Origin: Giardia intestinalis | Lineage: Eukaryota | Length of the DNA: 64,000 nucleotides | Assembly (NCBI GenBank): GCA_000002435.2 | Contig: CM018790.1 | Reading direction: 5' to 3' (one strand) | Shown: one piece after another, positions 49,094-60,212 of the stretch | Layout of the letters: every line of letters begins with the position of its first letter | Numbering within the stretch: position 1 is the first letter of the stretch | Position numbers and translations under genes: made by a program | The notes under the pieces: model-generated | Database searches by the model: none | Told to the model about the DNA's origin: nothing | The model's input: the letters and a program-made list of their open reading frames with translations, nothing else

Positions 49094-52000
49094 ATGAGTG
49101 ATTCATATATTCCCGTCCTGTACACGTTGCAAAAGACCCAGAAAAGGAAGAAGTACTTAGATGGATTCATTTGTATAACAGGCCGAACACTTCGAGTCTT
49201 CGATGAAAAAAAGCGTTTCTTAGACTCTTACACCATAACTACACGGACTACTGTTGATGAAGACTTCCTTGAGCTTTCAAAGTGCCTTTTACAACTTGAA
49301 GATGAGCATCGAGAGCTTTTACACTCTGCTGCTTCTGCTTCGACGCCCGCCCATTCGCATCGTTCACCTCATCCAGTTCAATCTATATCAAAGCCGTCAA
49401 CAGCAACACGTGTCTCCCATAAGACTCGCCCCACTTGCGCTGCACCCCCTGATATGAAGACTAGTTCATCGCAAATGAACAATTCTTTATCGGTGAAACC
49501 AAAGTTTGATGAAGCAAGTATGTCCATTGAGATACCTCCTAAACCTTCCAAGACTGTCCTGACTGACCAATCTGCTCATCTCCATACTTTTCTTTCTGCA
49601 ATCAAGTCACTTATCTTCTGTTCTGGAAAGGTTACCTTCACACCAGTACGTGAGCTTTTGTCATCATTGATTTTTCAGCCCATCTCCTGCGATCTAGCCG
49701 CTCAATACATATCAACAGATAACTCGTGTGCACGCATACTTTATTATTCATTGGTGGCCACGTGGGCTGAGCTTTTGCTTCCTTTGCTGCAGAGCCTTGG
49801 ACAGGGTGGAGACACTCAACCAAAGAGCAACTCTTACAACATCTCCACTTACAAGAATGCAGTAGTTATGCGACGTGCTAATACTGCCAAAGCTCGACGT
49901 TTACAACTCTCTGAGGCAGAGCGCTTGGTCAAGATGAGGCAACTTGATTCCGTCACCCTTAAGCAGCTCCGAGCAGATGCCTCCTCAAATGTTGAGCGAT
50001 CGGACACATGGAAGTTATCTGCTGGTGAAGCCATTGCATACGCAAAAGCAGATCTTTTTGTGCTCGTGCCCCAATCTTGTTTTGTAAAGTTAAAGGATGG
50101 TAGCCGTGCTTCTTCTGGGTCAAGCTATACATGTTATTTTTTCACCGCTGACACTTATCAACCTACAGCTGAGGAGTGTCAAAATGAGCTTTTCATGGTA
50201 CCGTTAAGTGATGTGGGACATTGGCTTTCTAAACCAGACTCACGGGGAAGCAATTTCGCTAAGGACTATGATAGCTTCGGTGCTGTCCTCGAGAAAGTTG
50301 TGGTATTCCACTATGAAGGTTTTCAAATATCTTACACACTTTTAGATACTCTTAATACTGCATTTAGGACTATAAATGAAAACATTGAATTGTCACCTTA
50401 TTCTAGATGGATGCGTGACTCATTTCTTCGCTTTCTACACGCTTCCCACGGTCCCAATTGGAAAGAACTTCGACTCCTTCACGCCCATCTTTCATTTAAT
50501 AATTACTTTAAGTCTGAATTAGACAGTGACGTGATTAGTATAACCGATACTCCGTCTAAGGATTTATTTGCGGAGATAGTAGGTCACAGTAACTATAAGC
50601 AAAAGCCATACTTTACAAGTCTAAATCAGTTTCAACGTGAGGCTTTTGATCTTGTTATTTCTAGATTAACGGGGAAAGATGTTACTGGAGCGTTTATTGA
50701 CGATACAGGGTATTGTAGTTCTCACCTTTATTTGCTTCGTGGGGTATTTGGTAGTGGAAAATCTCGAGTCCTAACGGCGCTTCTCCTGCTGCTCCTAGAG
50801 GCCCTTCCGGAGGCCACGGACTCTTGGGTCTTCAGGCCGCGCATCCTCGTCGTTGCGAACACAAACGTGGCGGTCGACAACCTCCTCCGGCGCCTCGCCT
50901 CTGCAGCTGCAGGGCTTTCTATTGGAGAGCTTCTTCCAAAGGTCGTCTCCCGGGTTGGGTCGGGGATCACGGCCCCCGAGCTCCACGTTTTCGGCGAGCC
51001 TCTGATCGCCTTCGGCGAGCGCCTCGTCATCTTCACGACCTTTGCGTCTCTCAACCGCCTAACAGAGCTGGTCTCCGACTGCGACTACTTCCCCCTCGTG
51101 ATCGTTGACGAAGCCAGCCAGGTAACGGAGCCCCTCCTCCTTTGCGGGCTTGCAGCCCTGCGTTATCAGGTCGATCTGATGCTCTTGGCGGGAGACAACA
51201 TGCAGCTTCCCCCGGTCGCCGCCACAGCCACCCTAGGAGCATCGACCTTCGAGCGCCTTATCGGCCTAACAGAGGGCAAACATTCTCCGCGGCTTTGTCC
51301 GGCGACGACGCTGTGGGCGCAGTACCGCTGCTGCCGCCCCGTGGCAGATCTAGCAGGCGCCCTATTCTACGGCAGACGCGTTTGCACTATGGGCACAGAA
51401 CATCCGCCTGTCGTCAAGGGCCTCCCGCTCTTATCCTCTGTTCACCTTGGAAGCTCTTTTGACCGAACGGTCCGCGGGAGCAGAGAGAATAGTACAGAAG
51501 CCAAGGCAATTGTTCGCCTGGTCACAGCCCTGGTGCTGGACCACAAGGTACCTCCCTCCGAGATCGGAATTATTACTCCATTCCGGGCACAATCAAGTTA
51601 TCTCGAGGGGCTGTTGCGGCGGGCCCTCTCTGTCTTTAAGACAGTGCATGATGAGAAGAGCCTATTAGATGCAGACGGCGCGGAGCCTTCTGAGCTGACA
51701 GGGGTTGGCAGGGCAGCTGAGGAAGTTCAAAGACAAAATTCCCTAACAGACAATACCATCTTTCGATCATGCAGGACTGGCGCTGTATCCCCCCAAGCTA
51801 TACCTAAACTCTCAACTGTATCTGCAGCCACCGTCGATTCTTTCCAAGGAAGCGAGAAATTGGTGATCATCGTGAGCCTAGTGCAAGCGACGGATGGACA
51901 CTTTATTCGTGAGCCAGAAAGATCCGAGCATATCAATTTCCCTAATAGAGTCAACGTGGCCATCACACGTGCGGTTAGCCATCTAATTGTCTTTCAGAGC

Positions 52001-52420
52001 TATCAATTTAGCGGCGATAATCTATCATCCTATTTGAAGAAACTGACATTGAAAGACCTGTCTCTTAGTAGCACTGTGAGCCCCTGGACTAAACTGCTCG
52101 CATATACAACTGATATCGGCCAGTGCTTCATAGGCATAGCTTCTCTCCTTGAACAACTTGGGGTTAAAGAAGTAGAACAGGGTTTACCATTGTTCTCTGA
52201 ACTGACTAGCGCTCAAAAGGAGGATCCACCCACTGTCAACGAGCCACTCAGAAAGACGGCTGCAGTTACCAGTCCGATTAAGTTTGCATCTTCTCTTTCT
52301 GATCAGCTGCTGATAGACATGATTATAGAATGTGCAAGGGACAGGTTTATAGAAGACAAATGTGTTCTTTCCCAGGCAAAAAGCACAGAGCTGCTGCAAA
52401 TTTTAGGGGGCGAATGGTAA
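49094..52420 (+). CDS. Superfamily-1 helicase, Upf1/DNA2-like (1108 aa), with a long N-terminal extension
   Basis: ATG at 49094. Walker A is GVFGSGKSRVLTALL. Motif II is VIVDEASQVTEP, and motifs V/VI are VDSFQGSEKLVIIVSLV...VAITRAVSHLIVF. The helicase core (50760-51480) is markedly more GC-rich than its flanks. Confidence 0.8.
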   Translation: MSDSYIPVLYTLQKTQKRKKYLDGFICITGRTLRVFDEKKRFLDSYTITTRTTVDEDFLELSKCLLQLEDEHRELLHSAASASTPAHSHRSPHPVQSISKPSTATRVSHKTRPTCAAPPDMKTSSSQMNNSLSVKPKFDEASMSIEIPPKPSKTVLTDQSAHLHTFLSAIKSLIFCSGKVTFTPVRELLSSLIFQPISCDLAAQYISTDNSCARILYYSLVATWAELLLPLLQSLGQGGDTQPKSNSYNISTYKNAVVMRRANTAKARRLQLSEAERLVKMRQLDSVTLKQLRADASSNVERSDTWKLSAGEAIAYAKADLFVLVPQSCFVKLKDGSRASSGSSYTCYFFTADTYQPTAEECQNELFMVPLSDVGHWLSKPDSRGSNFAKDYDSFGAVLEKVVVFHYEGFQISYTLLDTLNTAFRTINENIELSPYSRWMRDSFLRFLHASHGPNWKELRLLHAHLSFNNYFKSELDSDVISITDTPSKDLFAEIVGHSNYKQKPYFTSLNQFQREAFDLVISRLTGKDVTGAFIDDTGYCSSHLYLLRGVFGSGKSRVLTALLLLLLEALPEATDSWVFRPRILVVANTNVAVDNLLRRLASAAAGLSIGELLPKVVSRVGSGITAPELHVFGEPLIAFGERLVIFTTFASLNRLTELVSDCDYFPLVIVDEASQVTEPLLLCGLAALRYQVDLMLLAGDNMQLPPVAATATLGASTFERLIGLTEGKHSPRLCPATTLWAQYRCCRPVADLAGALFYGRRVCTMGTEHPPVVKGLPLLSSVHLGSSFDRTVRGSRENSTEAKAIVRLVTALVLDHKVPPSEIGIITPFRAQSSYLEGLLRRALSVFKTVHDEKSLLDADGAEPSELTGVGRAAEEVQRQNSLTDNTIFRSCRTGAVSPQAIPKLSTVSAATVDSFQGSEKLVIIVSLVQATDGHFIREPERSEHINFPNRVNVAITRAVSHLIVFQSYQFSGDNLSSYLKKLTLKDLSLSSTVSPWTKLLAYTTDIGQCFIGIASLLEQLGVKEVEQGLPLFSELTSAQKEDPPTVNEPLRKTAAVTSPIKFASSLSDQLLIDMIIECARDRFIEDKCVLSQAKSTELLQILGGEW

Positions 52421-52970
52421 TCAGGAATGGACACACGAACAACTCGTTCTATTAGAGGTTTATTATATTGGTTCTTCCACTACATGTGGTTGTTTCAAGC
52501 TGTGTGATATACTCCGTACAATGGCTACCCGTCGTGTTACCTGTGTATTGCAAATAGGTTGTATAAAAATTCTGCGCTTGCACATAATGCATAAACCATG
52601 TTAGTAGTTGTTTCCTTGCTTCACAATGACACTATCGGAAATCGTCTATCTATCCTTAGCCCCAGTACATGGTCTAACTTGCTTCTCTGTATCTTGTTTA
52701 GTAATACCAAGAGCTTCTACGATGATTGGTAGCGTGAGTCCTTATGTCGATATAAGTATATATGCTTGAGAAACCGTCATCAGCTCACCAAGAGGCTAGG
52801 AAAGCTCCAGCGCTTCAACCTAAGCGGTCATCGCCTAATGGAGCCGTCCTACCTGCAAGATAAGGGTTGGAGCAGACGTTACAAATTATGTATAGCGGAA
52901 AACAAGAGCTGTGACCTACTGCTCCTTATGACTAATATTTAATATGATTTTCATATGTCTGCACCGCCGT

Positions 52971-53042
52971 GCGGTCATAGTACAGTGGCTAGTATGCGTG
53001 ACTGTCACTCACGTGACCCGGGTTCGATTCCCGGTGACCGCG
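52971..53042 (+). tRNA. tRNA-Asp: tRNA-Asp (anticodon GTC)
   Basis: Hand-folded cloverleaf. Acceptor GCGGTCA/TGACCGC. D-arm GTAC-AGTGGCTA-GTAT. Anticodon stem CGTGA/TCACG with loop CTGTCAC (U33, A37). Variable loop TGAC. T-arm CCGGG-TTCGATT-CCCGG. Discriminator G. CCA is not encoded. Confidence 0.85.
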
Positions 53043-53486
53043 GCTTTGCTTGGTGCCGGCGCAGACGTCTTCACCGGGTCTTTGGGACCGAGGCTGGTTG
53101 CTCCAGGCTGACGCGGAGCCGTCACTTCTTCCTGGTGTACAAGCGTGTCAATCGATGATTATCCTCTCGCTTGAGCACCCATTTGTCATTCTGGTTTGCC
53201 ATCCAGCACTTGAAGTGATGGGTTAATGAGTTTTCAAACAACATACTTCATTGATCATTGCTAAGAATAGCATATCTTTTTGTATGAAGATAACCGTTCC
53301 TCTGTAGATCTTCAATCTAACAGTTAAAGATGTACTATAAAGACGAGCCTACAAGGTTTCTCATAAGAACATATCTAACAGTCCTTGTTCCTTGCAATAT
53401 GTTGTCTTATGATGTAGTTCACTGATAGTAGATACATTTCACCATCCGATCTTGTCACTTGATAAGTTTAGTACGAATGATTCCCC

Positions 53487-56400
53487 CTATTTACTCTCCA
53501 CTTCACCGGGGTAGGGCTGTCGCCTACTACCTGAGTGATCTCCCATGCGAGCCGCCATCCTGGGCAAGCTTCTCACCCATGCATTAGCTGAGATCCGGAA
53601 TCCGAGAGTCGGATGTCCTCGGATCCCGGCGGAAGAACTTCTATGCCCCCCTCCCCTGGAAGCTGCCGCTCCTCGCGGTGCCTCCAGGGTTCCCCCTTCC
53701 TCTGGCTCGTCGGGGTCAACCATCGCCTGATAGCTATTGAGCACCTGCTGTCCCGGGCCTGCCGTCGGTCACAGCAGCCTGGCCTCCACGTGGCCCTGGT
53801 GCTCTACGACGAGGATCGCACGCCACGACCTCGGGTGTCTACCCCGTTCCTCGGGTGCCTCTTTGTCTCCCCATGACGTGGATCATCGACCCTATTGTCG
53901 GAGGTGCGCTCCCCATACGCCTCCATCTTGGAGTCATAGTACGCGTTCGTGGATGCCGATGGAGTACTCCCATGCGTTGTGTCGGGGAGAGGTCCGGCCC
54001 TCTGCTCACGGATCGCAGGGCGCTTTTGCAGGTGGTCCGTCACCCAGCACGAGATCATGTCAGCGCTCACCCTGTGCAGTGCGTCTGGCTCAGTGACGTG
54101 TGGGCTGGTCCATCTGCACCGCACAGCACACTTGGGGGAATGATTCGGTCTGTCGAGGCATCGTCCAAAGCATCAGAAGCGATCAGGACCGGTTCGCCGC
54201 TTGGTTGTCCCGCTCGGCAGCCGGCACCCGTCTACTCGAGGGTGTCAGGCACTGCCAGCTGCTGCGGCAGACGCCTGGCGGGTGGCCCAGGTCACCGCTC
54301 TTCGGTGTGGGCAGGATCAGTCTGCCTCTGCCAACCAGACACCCCAGGGGCCCCATCTCTTGTCGAGGGATTCACATGGGTCACGTGTGGGTCCATCCCG
54401 GCCAGTGGGCAGTGATTGGTGCCATCACTAGTTTCGGCCCTCGATTGCCCTGGGAGCTCCTTCGAGACTAGTTAGAAAGGAGGCCTCCTGTCCCTCTGTG
54501 CTCCTATACCCAGTGCTGACCGTCGAGCTATAGCGTTTCGCCAGGCCTGTCGCCTCTGTGACTATCCCCGTCGTGTCACTGTCGTCACTATGGAAGCTGA
54601 GTGTGTCGTCGACATGGGCAGTGAGCGGGGCATCTCCTTCAGCTCCTGGTGAGCAGGTTCTGTCTCCCGCAGCACAGAAGAATGCTCAGGACCCCGAGGG
54701 ACCGAGCCCAGGGGTGCAGCGTGGCGCAGCCGGAGGAAGGCCTCGACGCAGCTCCTCGGGACTACCTTGTGGAGCGAATCATGATCGTCCATTGATTGTG
54801 GTCGCCCTGTCTCATTCTTGAGGAAGGACCAGACGGAACCGTACAGAGCACGCGTCCCATCCTATGGGTCGCGCTGATAATCTCGCTGAAGGCCTGTTTA
54901 GGGGCCCCGGAACGCCTGCACCCGGATGGGGGCTTGCCAGCGCAGGTCCAGGCCAGAGGGCCCGGGGACTTCAAGCCCCGTGGACTAGTCGCCCTGGCCG
55001 TCTCTTCGTCGGTGATCTGGTAGGGCCGTCCGTGCTCTCCGATGGCTGAGAGGGTCCGTATCCCTCAGGAGCCAGGCCGTCCTGATCCGGCCCTCTGGAT
55101 AGCAAGGTGCTGGTCGTCGGTGGCGCTGTCAGGGTGCAGCTCCCCCTCGAGGCGAGGCAGAGGCTGCAGGCCGGGCAGTAGGATGGTGAATGCCGCTCCT
55201 CCGCTTCCCCGCTGTGTGAGCGAGGCACGTCTCCTCGGCTCTCACCTGGGGCTCTGCGGGGTGCTAGGTACCTTCCCGTGAGCACGTTCGCACGATGGGT
55301 GCTGAAGGGGATGTCCTTCTCTATTCCTATTACTCCACTCAGTGGCGCCCTGCATCCGGTGTCTGTGCTGCATACGTCTGGACGGCCTCACCGCGGAGGG
55401 TCTTCGCTCAGGACAGGCATGTGCTCTTCCGCTCCTACTAGTTCAACGTTCGCCTGGTGCCACTCCAGCGTAGGGCGCTCCTCTCCATCAGGTTCCTAAG
55501 GTCCTCGTTCTTGGTGTGATACCTGATCTCTCCCCCGTGAGGGGTAGGGTTCACGGTGCACTGGTGTGTGTTCGGAGCGACGCCTCCCTTTTAGAGTTCT
55601 GCAGGTTACACGACCCTCTGGGGACAACCAGCGACTGGGACCCCTGTTTGAGGCAAGGGCTGACCTGGCTCCACCGGGCTGCGAGCAACTCAAGGGCGCT
55701 CTGGTGTTGCTGGTCTCTCAACCGCACAGACTTGGCCTGTCCTGGCAGATAGTTGGGGTCGTCCCTGAGCGCCTCCGAGGAATCTGGGAAGCGCTCCGGT
55801 CCGATGCTTTCTGTCCAGAGCATCGCGACGGGCAACGGTGAGGGCCCGCGTGGGACACCGCACTTGGGCGACAAGGCTCGGTGTGCGTGTGCTGGCACCG
55901 TCTGTCGGTCGCAAAGCTGCAGAAGGAGCAGCAAGAGGAGCCCAAAGCGGGAGAGGGTTCTCCAGACGTGCTGCTCGAGACCCTTTAGAAGTCGAAAGAG
56001 ACATGGCAGGAGACGCAGAAGTGGTCGAGTGGCTCTTCGTGCTGTGGATCGCGTAGGAGGTCCCCAAGGGTGCAGTCTCTTAGTGAACCCGGCGTTCTTG
56101 AGCCAGTTCATGTAGTCAGCGAGTGACCCCTTCAGGGCTAGGTGGTCTCCTAGAGAAACGGTCATTGAGAGCCCTGCCACCATGCAACCGTTCTCTGGCA
56201 CAGGGATGTTCGTTGGGGGGAGGAGAATGTGAGAGCTTCCCTGCTCTCATCTCCTTGCTCTTTCGTTCATCCTACTGGGCGCTTTCTTGGCGCTTCGCTC
56301 CAGAGTCCTATGGACCTTCCTCGGTGGCACCTTCATGGGAGCAGTCGCGGGTCTGTTATTTGTTAAAGGCTGGACGTCGGGGCTATCGGCTCCTTCGTCT

Positions 56401-56590
56401 GGGCTTCTTCTTCCGCCGGAGCTGGACGGCGCCCGATTCTCGGACTCTGGGTTCAGACATCGAACAGGTAAATGATCGAAGACCCCCCTGGTGTAGAAAC
56501 TCGCATAGAATTTGCTCGGACGGCAGCTAACAAACCAATCTCGGTGGACAGAGGTATGTTCATAGGGCGTTTGCCTTATAGTCATTATCT
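53487..56590. mobile_element. Long (~3.1 kb) GC-rich non-coding copy of the repeat (copy 3); probable full-length form of the element
   Basis: The left end is rc of the terminal segment (53487-53620, homologous to 36850-36981 in reverse). The 53700-54450 interval is ~99% identical to copy 1. About 2 kb of 60-65% GC sequence follows, with ORFs open in all six frames and no credible CDS. Near 56500-56590 (AACAAACCAATCTCGGTGG...) there is a degenerate match to the terminal segment. The right boundary is approximate. Confidence 0.5.
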
Positions 56591-59500
56591 GGTCATGTTA
56601 CTTAATAAGGTGCTAGCCCTTCATTTTCAGCTGTGTCATTTGTGCTCAACGCTCTTGCTAACCAACTGACTATGTTGGTAGTTTCACTTAAGGTTAGCCA
56701 GATCGCATAAGCATTAACAAAGAAATGCGTACCAGGAAAAGCAAGCTTAGATAAATGCTAAGCATGTGCCAGTGTTATAGACACAGACTTACGCTACGTG
56801 AGTATAATCGAGTGGTAACAGTCTTGTTAATACGGCATCCACCAGCTCCAAAATTATACTTGTAAGAATGAGATATCTATTCAGTGAGTAATATTTATTT
56901 TTCATACGGAAGAGAATGCAATAACTTTACTAGGACAATGAAAATATGTCTGAAGATGCAAGGGCGCGATTGGCAGAATAGAAGAAGTATATCTATATAA
57001 GACTGCCAACACACCCTTAAACATCCATGCCCTATAGAGATCAAGCAATCCTTTGCTGCTTGCAATGAAGTGGCTGGAACTGCGGTCAGTGACACCAGAC
57101 ATAAAAACGTACCTAGTTGTAGAGGACATAATCAGCTTATTAATAAGGTCATCGTGAACGTAAGTAAAATAGATAAAGCAGCTGTACACAAGTTCTATAA
57201 ATAAATGATGCAGATTAGAAGCGGCTACATATCGATGAAAGAGATAGTTGTCTGAATATGTCAGCAAGCCAAATGTACAGGGCAGTAATAAGTGTCATGA
57301 ATGTAAGAATGCAAATGATGGAGTGGGGAGCATCTGGATGTATAACCCCTAATTAACTCATTAATAAGCGCATAAATAAGATACAACAGGCTTTAATCTA
57401 CAAGCAGTGAAACATCTAGTATGGCAGATAAACTGAAGCTTATAGCGAGACCTAACTCCGTGAAAGTAGTGCACATGGTAAGAAGCAGTGCAGTCTATAG
57501 AATAATGTAACCAGAAACAGCACAATTGATGACATAGAATGTACCTTTCTAGTAATCTATTAAAAGCAGAGTCCCTAAAGGTTCCGTTTATATAGCTAGA
57601 ACAAGACCCAATGATGATTATCGTGTACATTGATATTATAACACCATCTGGCTCATCTGAGTGTTAGTTAGTTGATAGTAAAATGCTCTATCAGCAAATA
57701 CACATGCGAAGTGTAACGTATATCATATCATCGGTGAGTATCGATAGGATAGCAGTCCTAATTATAGAACTAAGGAGTGGCTGATATGGAATACTAGCAA
57801 GTGCGTCACAGGATTGTAATTTGTTACTAGATCAGATAAAGATTGATAGGCCAGCGTATGCAGAAGGGCGCTCTGCATGATGATAGGATGATATGAGAAG
57901 TTCTATGCGAATAATAACCACTCCCTTTTATGTTTGCCATTAGAACCTAGTCAAGGAGTGACAGGCTTCTGGAGTAATTGGCCCTTGCACTCTCTGCAGG
58001 GCATGCTGGGTGATAAGGAGCTTTTTGTGACGTTCAAAGAACTCATCCGGTTATACCTACTTTTCCAGAACCACAACTACTAACTAATAAAAAGGGCCTT
58101 GCGTTTAGTCTTACAATAGGGGATCTTATGCATATAAATTCAGTCTTAGATAGCTAGCTTGATGAATTGATATATGGCAAAACAGTACAAAATTAGCCTG
58201 TTTTTAGATTACTCCACTTCTTGTGAAAAGGCTGATCGATGGTCTGGACAAAGTAATACAAACGTCCCTAAGTTTAAGCCATCATTTGTCCATTATCTCC
58301 TAACGCTCCCATTGTAACTAGGTGACTAAAAGCAGAATCTTCATTATATTGCTATAGATTCATCGCAAGGGATTCGCTAACTTTCTTGCTGGACAAGAGC
58401 AGACTCACGCCTCTCCACTGACTCTTTTCCACCATGAACTGATAATAACGTCCTCTCTCTGAGACGTGTGAAGCAGATACTATAGACGCTCAGCCAAGAT
58501 ACTAATCACTATAGTTGTAGATGCATCAAAACTTATGGTAGAGACGGGAATATTATTCACATAGACCCTAAACGCTATACGAATGCCTTGTAAGTTAGTA
58601 TTTTGCGGAAACAGATAAGCGTAGCTTCCAGATCCAAAGTTACGCGCGGACAAGTTATGCTCCCAACACCTGAACTCTAGCATCCATTCCTATGAGTTTT
58701 TCTTCCCAATAACGTCTACCTTATGGGCTCAAAGCTGCAAGTAGTGTCCTTGTCATTGAAAGAAAGATGAACCGGGATAATATAGAAGATCGTGCCATAG
58801 AATACAGCCTCCGAGGATTCGTGTGCCGACGCTCTATAATGCTTGCAGATAACGACAACATCCTTAATGACGGGATACTCCATTGTAAACCTAAAACTAA
58901 AACATAAGATAATATTAGAACAGCAACTTCAAGAAAGACAGTTCAATATGTTCATCTGACTATAAGAAGCTTGGTGATCACCTGCAAGACTGATATGCGG
59001 AATGAGTATGGACACTCAATTCTACTCTTGCAGCTAAATATAACCACCAATCTACTGCCGAGTTCATGCTTCTCAATGAGGTTGTAATTCGATGCATGAC
59101 CGCCATATACCTTCGTTGTCAATGCAGAATAAAACTGTAGGGCTGGCATAGAAATTTATTATGTGTTGTAGAACAGCAAAGTTGGGAGGCGCAGCAGCGA
59201 TACTATATACTGTTAGATAACGTTACAGTAAAACTTCAAAGCAGCTTCTTCTAAGGAAAGAAGACACACAGAATACCGCTGAGAGCATTACTATACCACT
59301 TGGGTTAAGTTTAGTTAGATAGATACAGTCACGTTGTTGGCTCCACTTAGGAAGAGGATAGAGAATTCTGCTAGCAAGCTTGCGAAGCCTATGCTGCTGA
59401 AGGGAGCTTCCAACAACTTGCAGAGCCGCCCCAAGAACGGCCGGAAGGAGATTGGAAGCGACTAGCCACAGTGATCTTGGCGGGCCAAATTTACTTCAGT

Positions 59501-59591
59501 TGGGTAGGATGTGGAGGATTCTTTTAGCAGTGCAGATGTCCATAAGAGGTAGCTACAAAGCTGAGGATAAAGCAAGAACCCCAAATAGTAT

Positions 59592-59900
59592 TCAATTCAA
59601 CGGTGTAGTGATAGATGCAGTAGTGGGAATACGCTTCCGGCTAAGAGCAACGTGCTTCGCCCCATAGGGCTGCGTGCGTCTATACAGGAACCACCACAGG
59701 AGAAAGCCGACCACCGACCCAACGAGGAGAACCGCAGCCACGGACACTCCGGCTATCATGGCTGTCTTCCTTGTCGAGCTCGGGGCTGGAGCTGGAGCTG
59801 GAGTCGGGATGATGCTCGGGAGCGCATCAAAGGAGTAGATATGAGTGGCCCTATCTGCTAGAGTTGGATGTCCATGAATATCTTGTAATTTATAAAGCAT
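59592..59900 (-). CDS. Small ORF (102 aa) encoding a VSP/HCMP-like transmembrane anchor without a CRGKA tail; possible remnant or small membrane protein
   Basis: ATG start. It has a PAPAPAP linker, then the TM AMIAGVSVAAVLLVGSVVGFLLWWFLYRR that resembles the VSP/HCMP anchor. There is no Cys-rich ectodomain or signal peptide. It lies about 1.7 kb upstream of an HCMP gene. Confidence 0.3.
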   Translation of the reverse strand: MLYKLQDIHGHPTLADRATHIYSFDALPSIIPTPAPAPAPSSTRKTAMIAGVSVAAVLLVGSVVGFLLWWFLYRRTQPYGAKHVALSRKRIPTTASITTPLN

Positions 59901-60212
59901 CCCACCATTTTCATATGCTGAATCTTACCCGTTGCATATATGTATGTACTAACATACAGTAAGAAGGCCGAATATGAGTGTTTCTGAAAGAATTACTTGA
60001 TATCAAAACATTTCCTCTGGACGCAGAGATGTATAGCAGACCATTTTGATCTTCCATCTCACTACAGTTTCTATAAGACGGATGGTCTGAATACAGTGCG
60101 GGGAAAGTGCTGAGTGTTCTAAAACCCATCCGAAGTGGCTAGGTGTGACAATGAGCAAATCTCTATTCTAGATAAAGTAACCAAGTCGTGCTATCAGCAC
60201 TTGGCTTATGCC

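Noticed and set aside
52955-53158. 67-aa ORF MSAPPCGHSTVASMRDCHSRDPGSIPGDRG...
   Set aside because: It is simply the translation of the tRNA-Asp gene and its flank, not a protein.
53855-54415. Conserved 186-aa ORF (MPLCLPMTWIIDPIVGG...) present in all three repeat copies as a possible element-encoded protein
   Set aside because: Equivalent-length ORFs are open in every frame on both strands across the same interval, as expected for GC-rich non-coding DNA. The sequence is low-complexity (Pro/Arg/Ser/Gly-rich) with no motif, and copy 2 breaks the ORF while keeping the nucleotide identity.
54450-56600. Reverse-transcriptase or endonuclease remnants inside the long repeat copy (for example minus ORF 55551..56201)
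   Set aside because: No YxDD, FxDD, PD-(D/E)xK or zinc-knuckle-like motifs were found in any frame. The ORFs are consistent with compositional artefacts.
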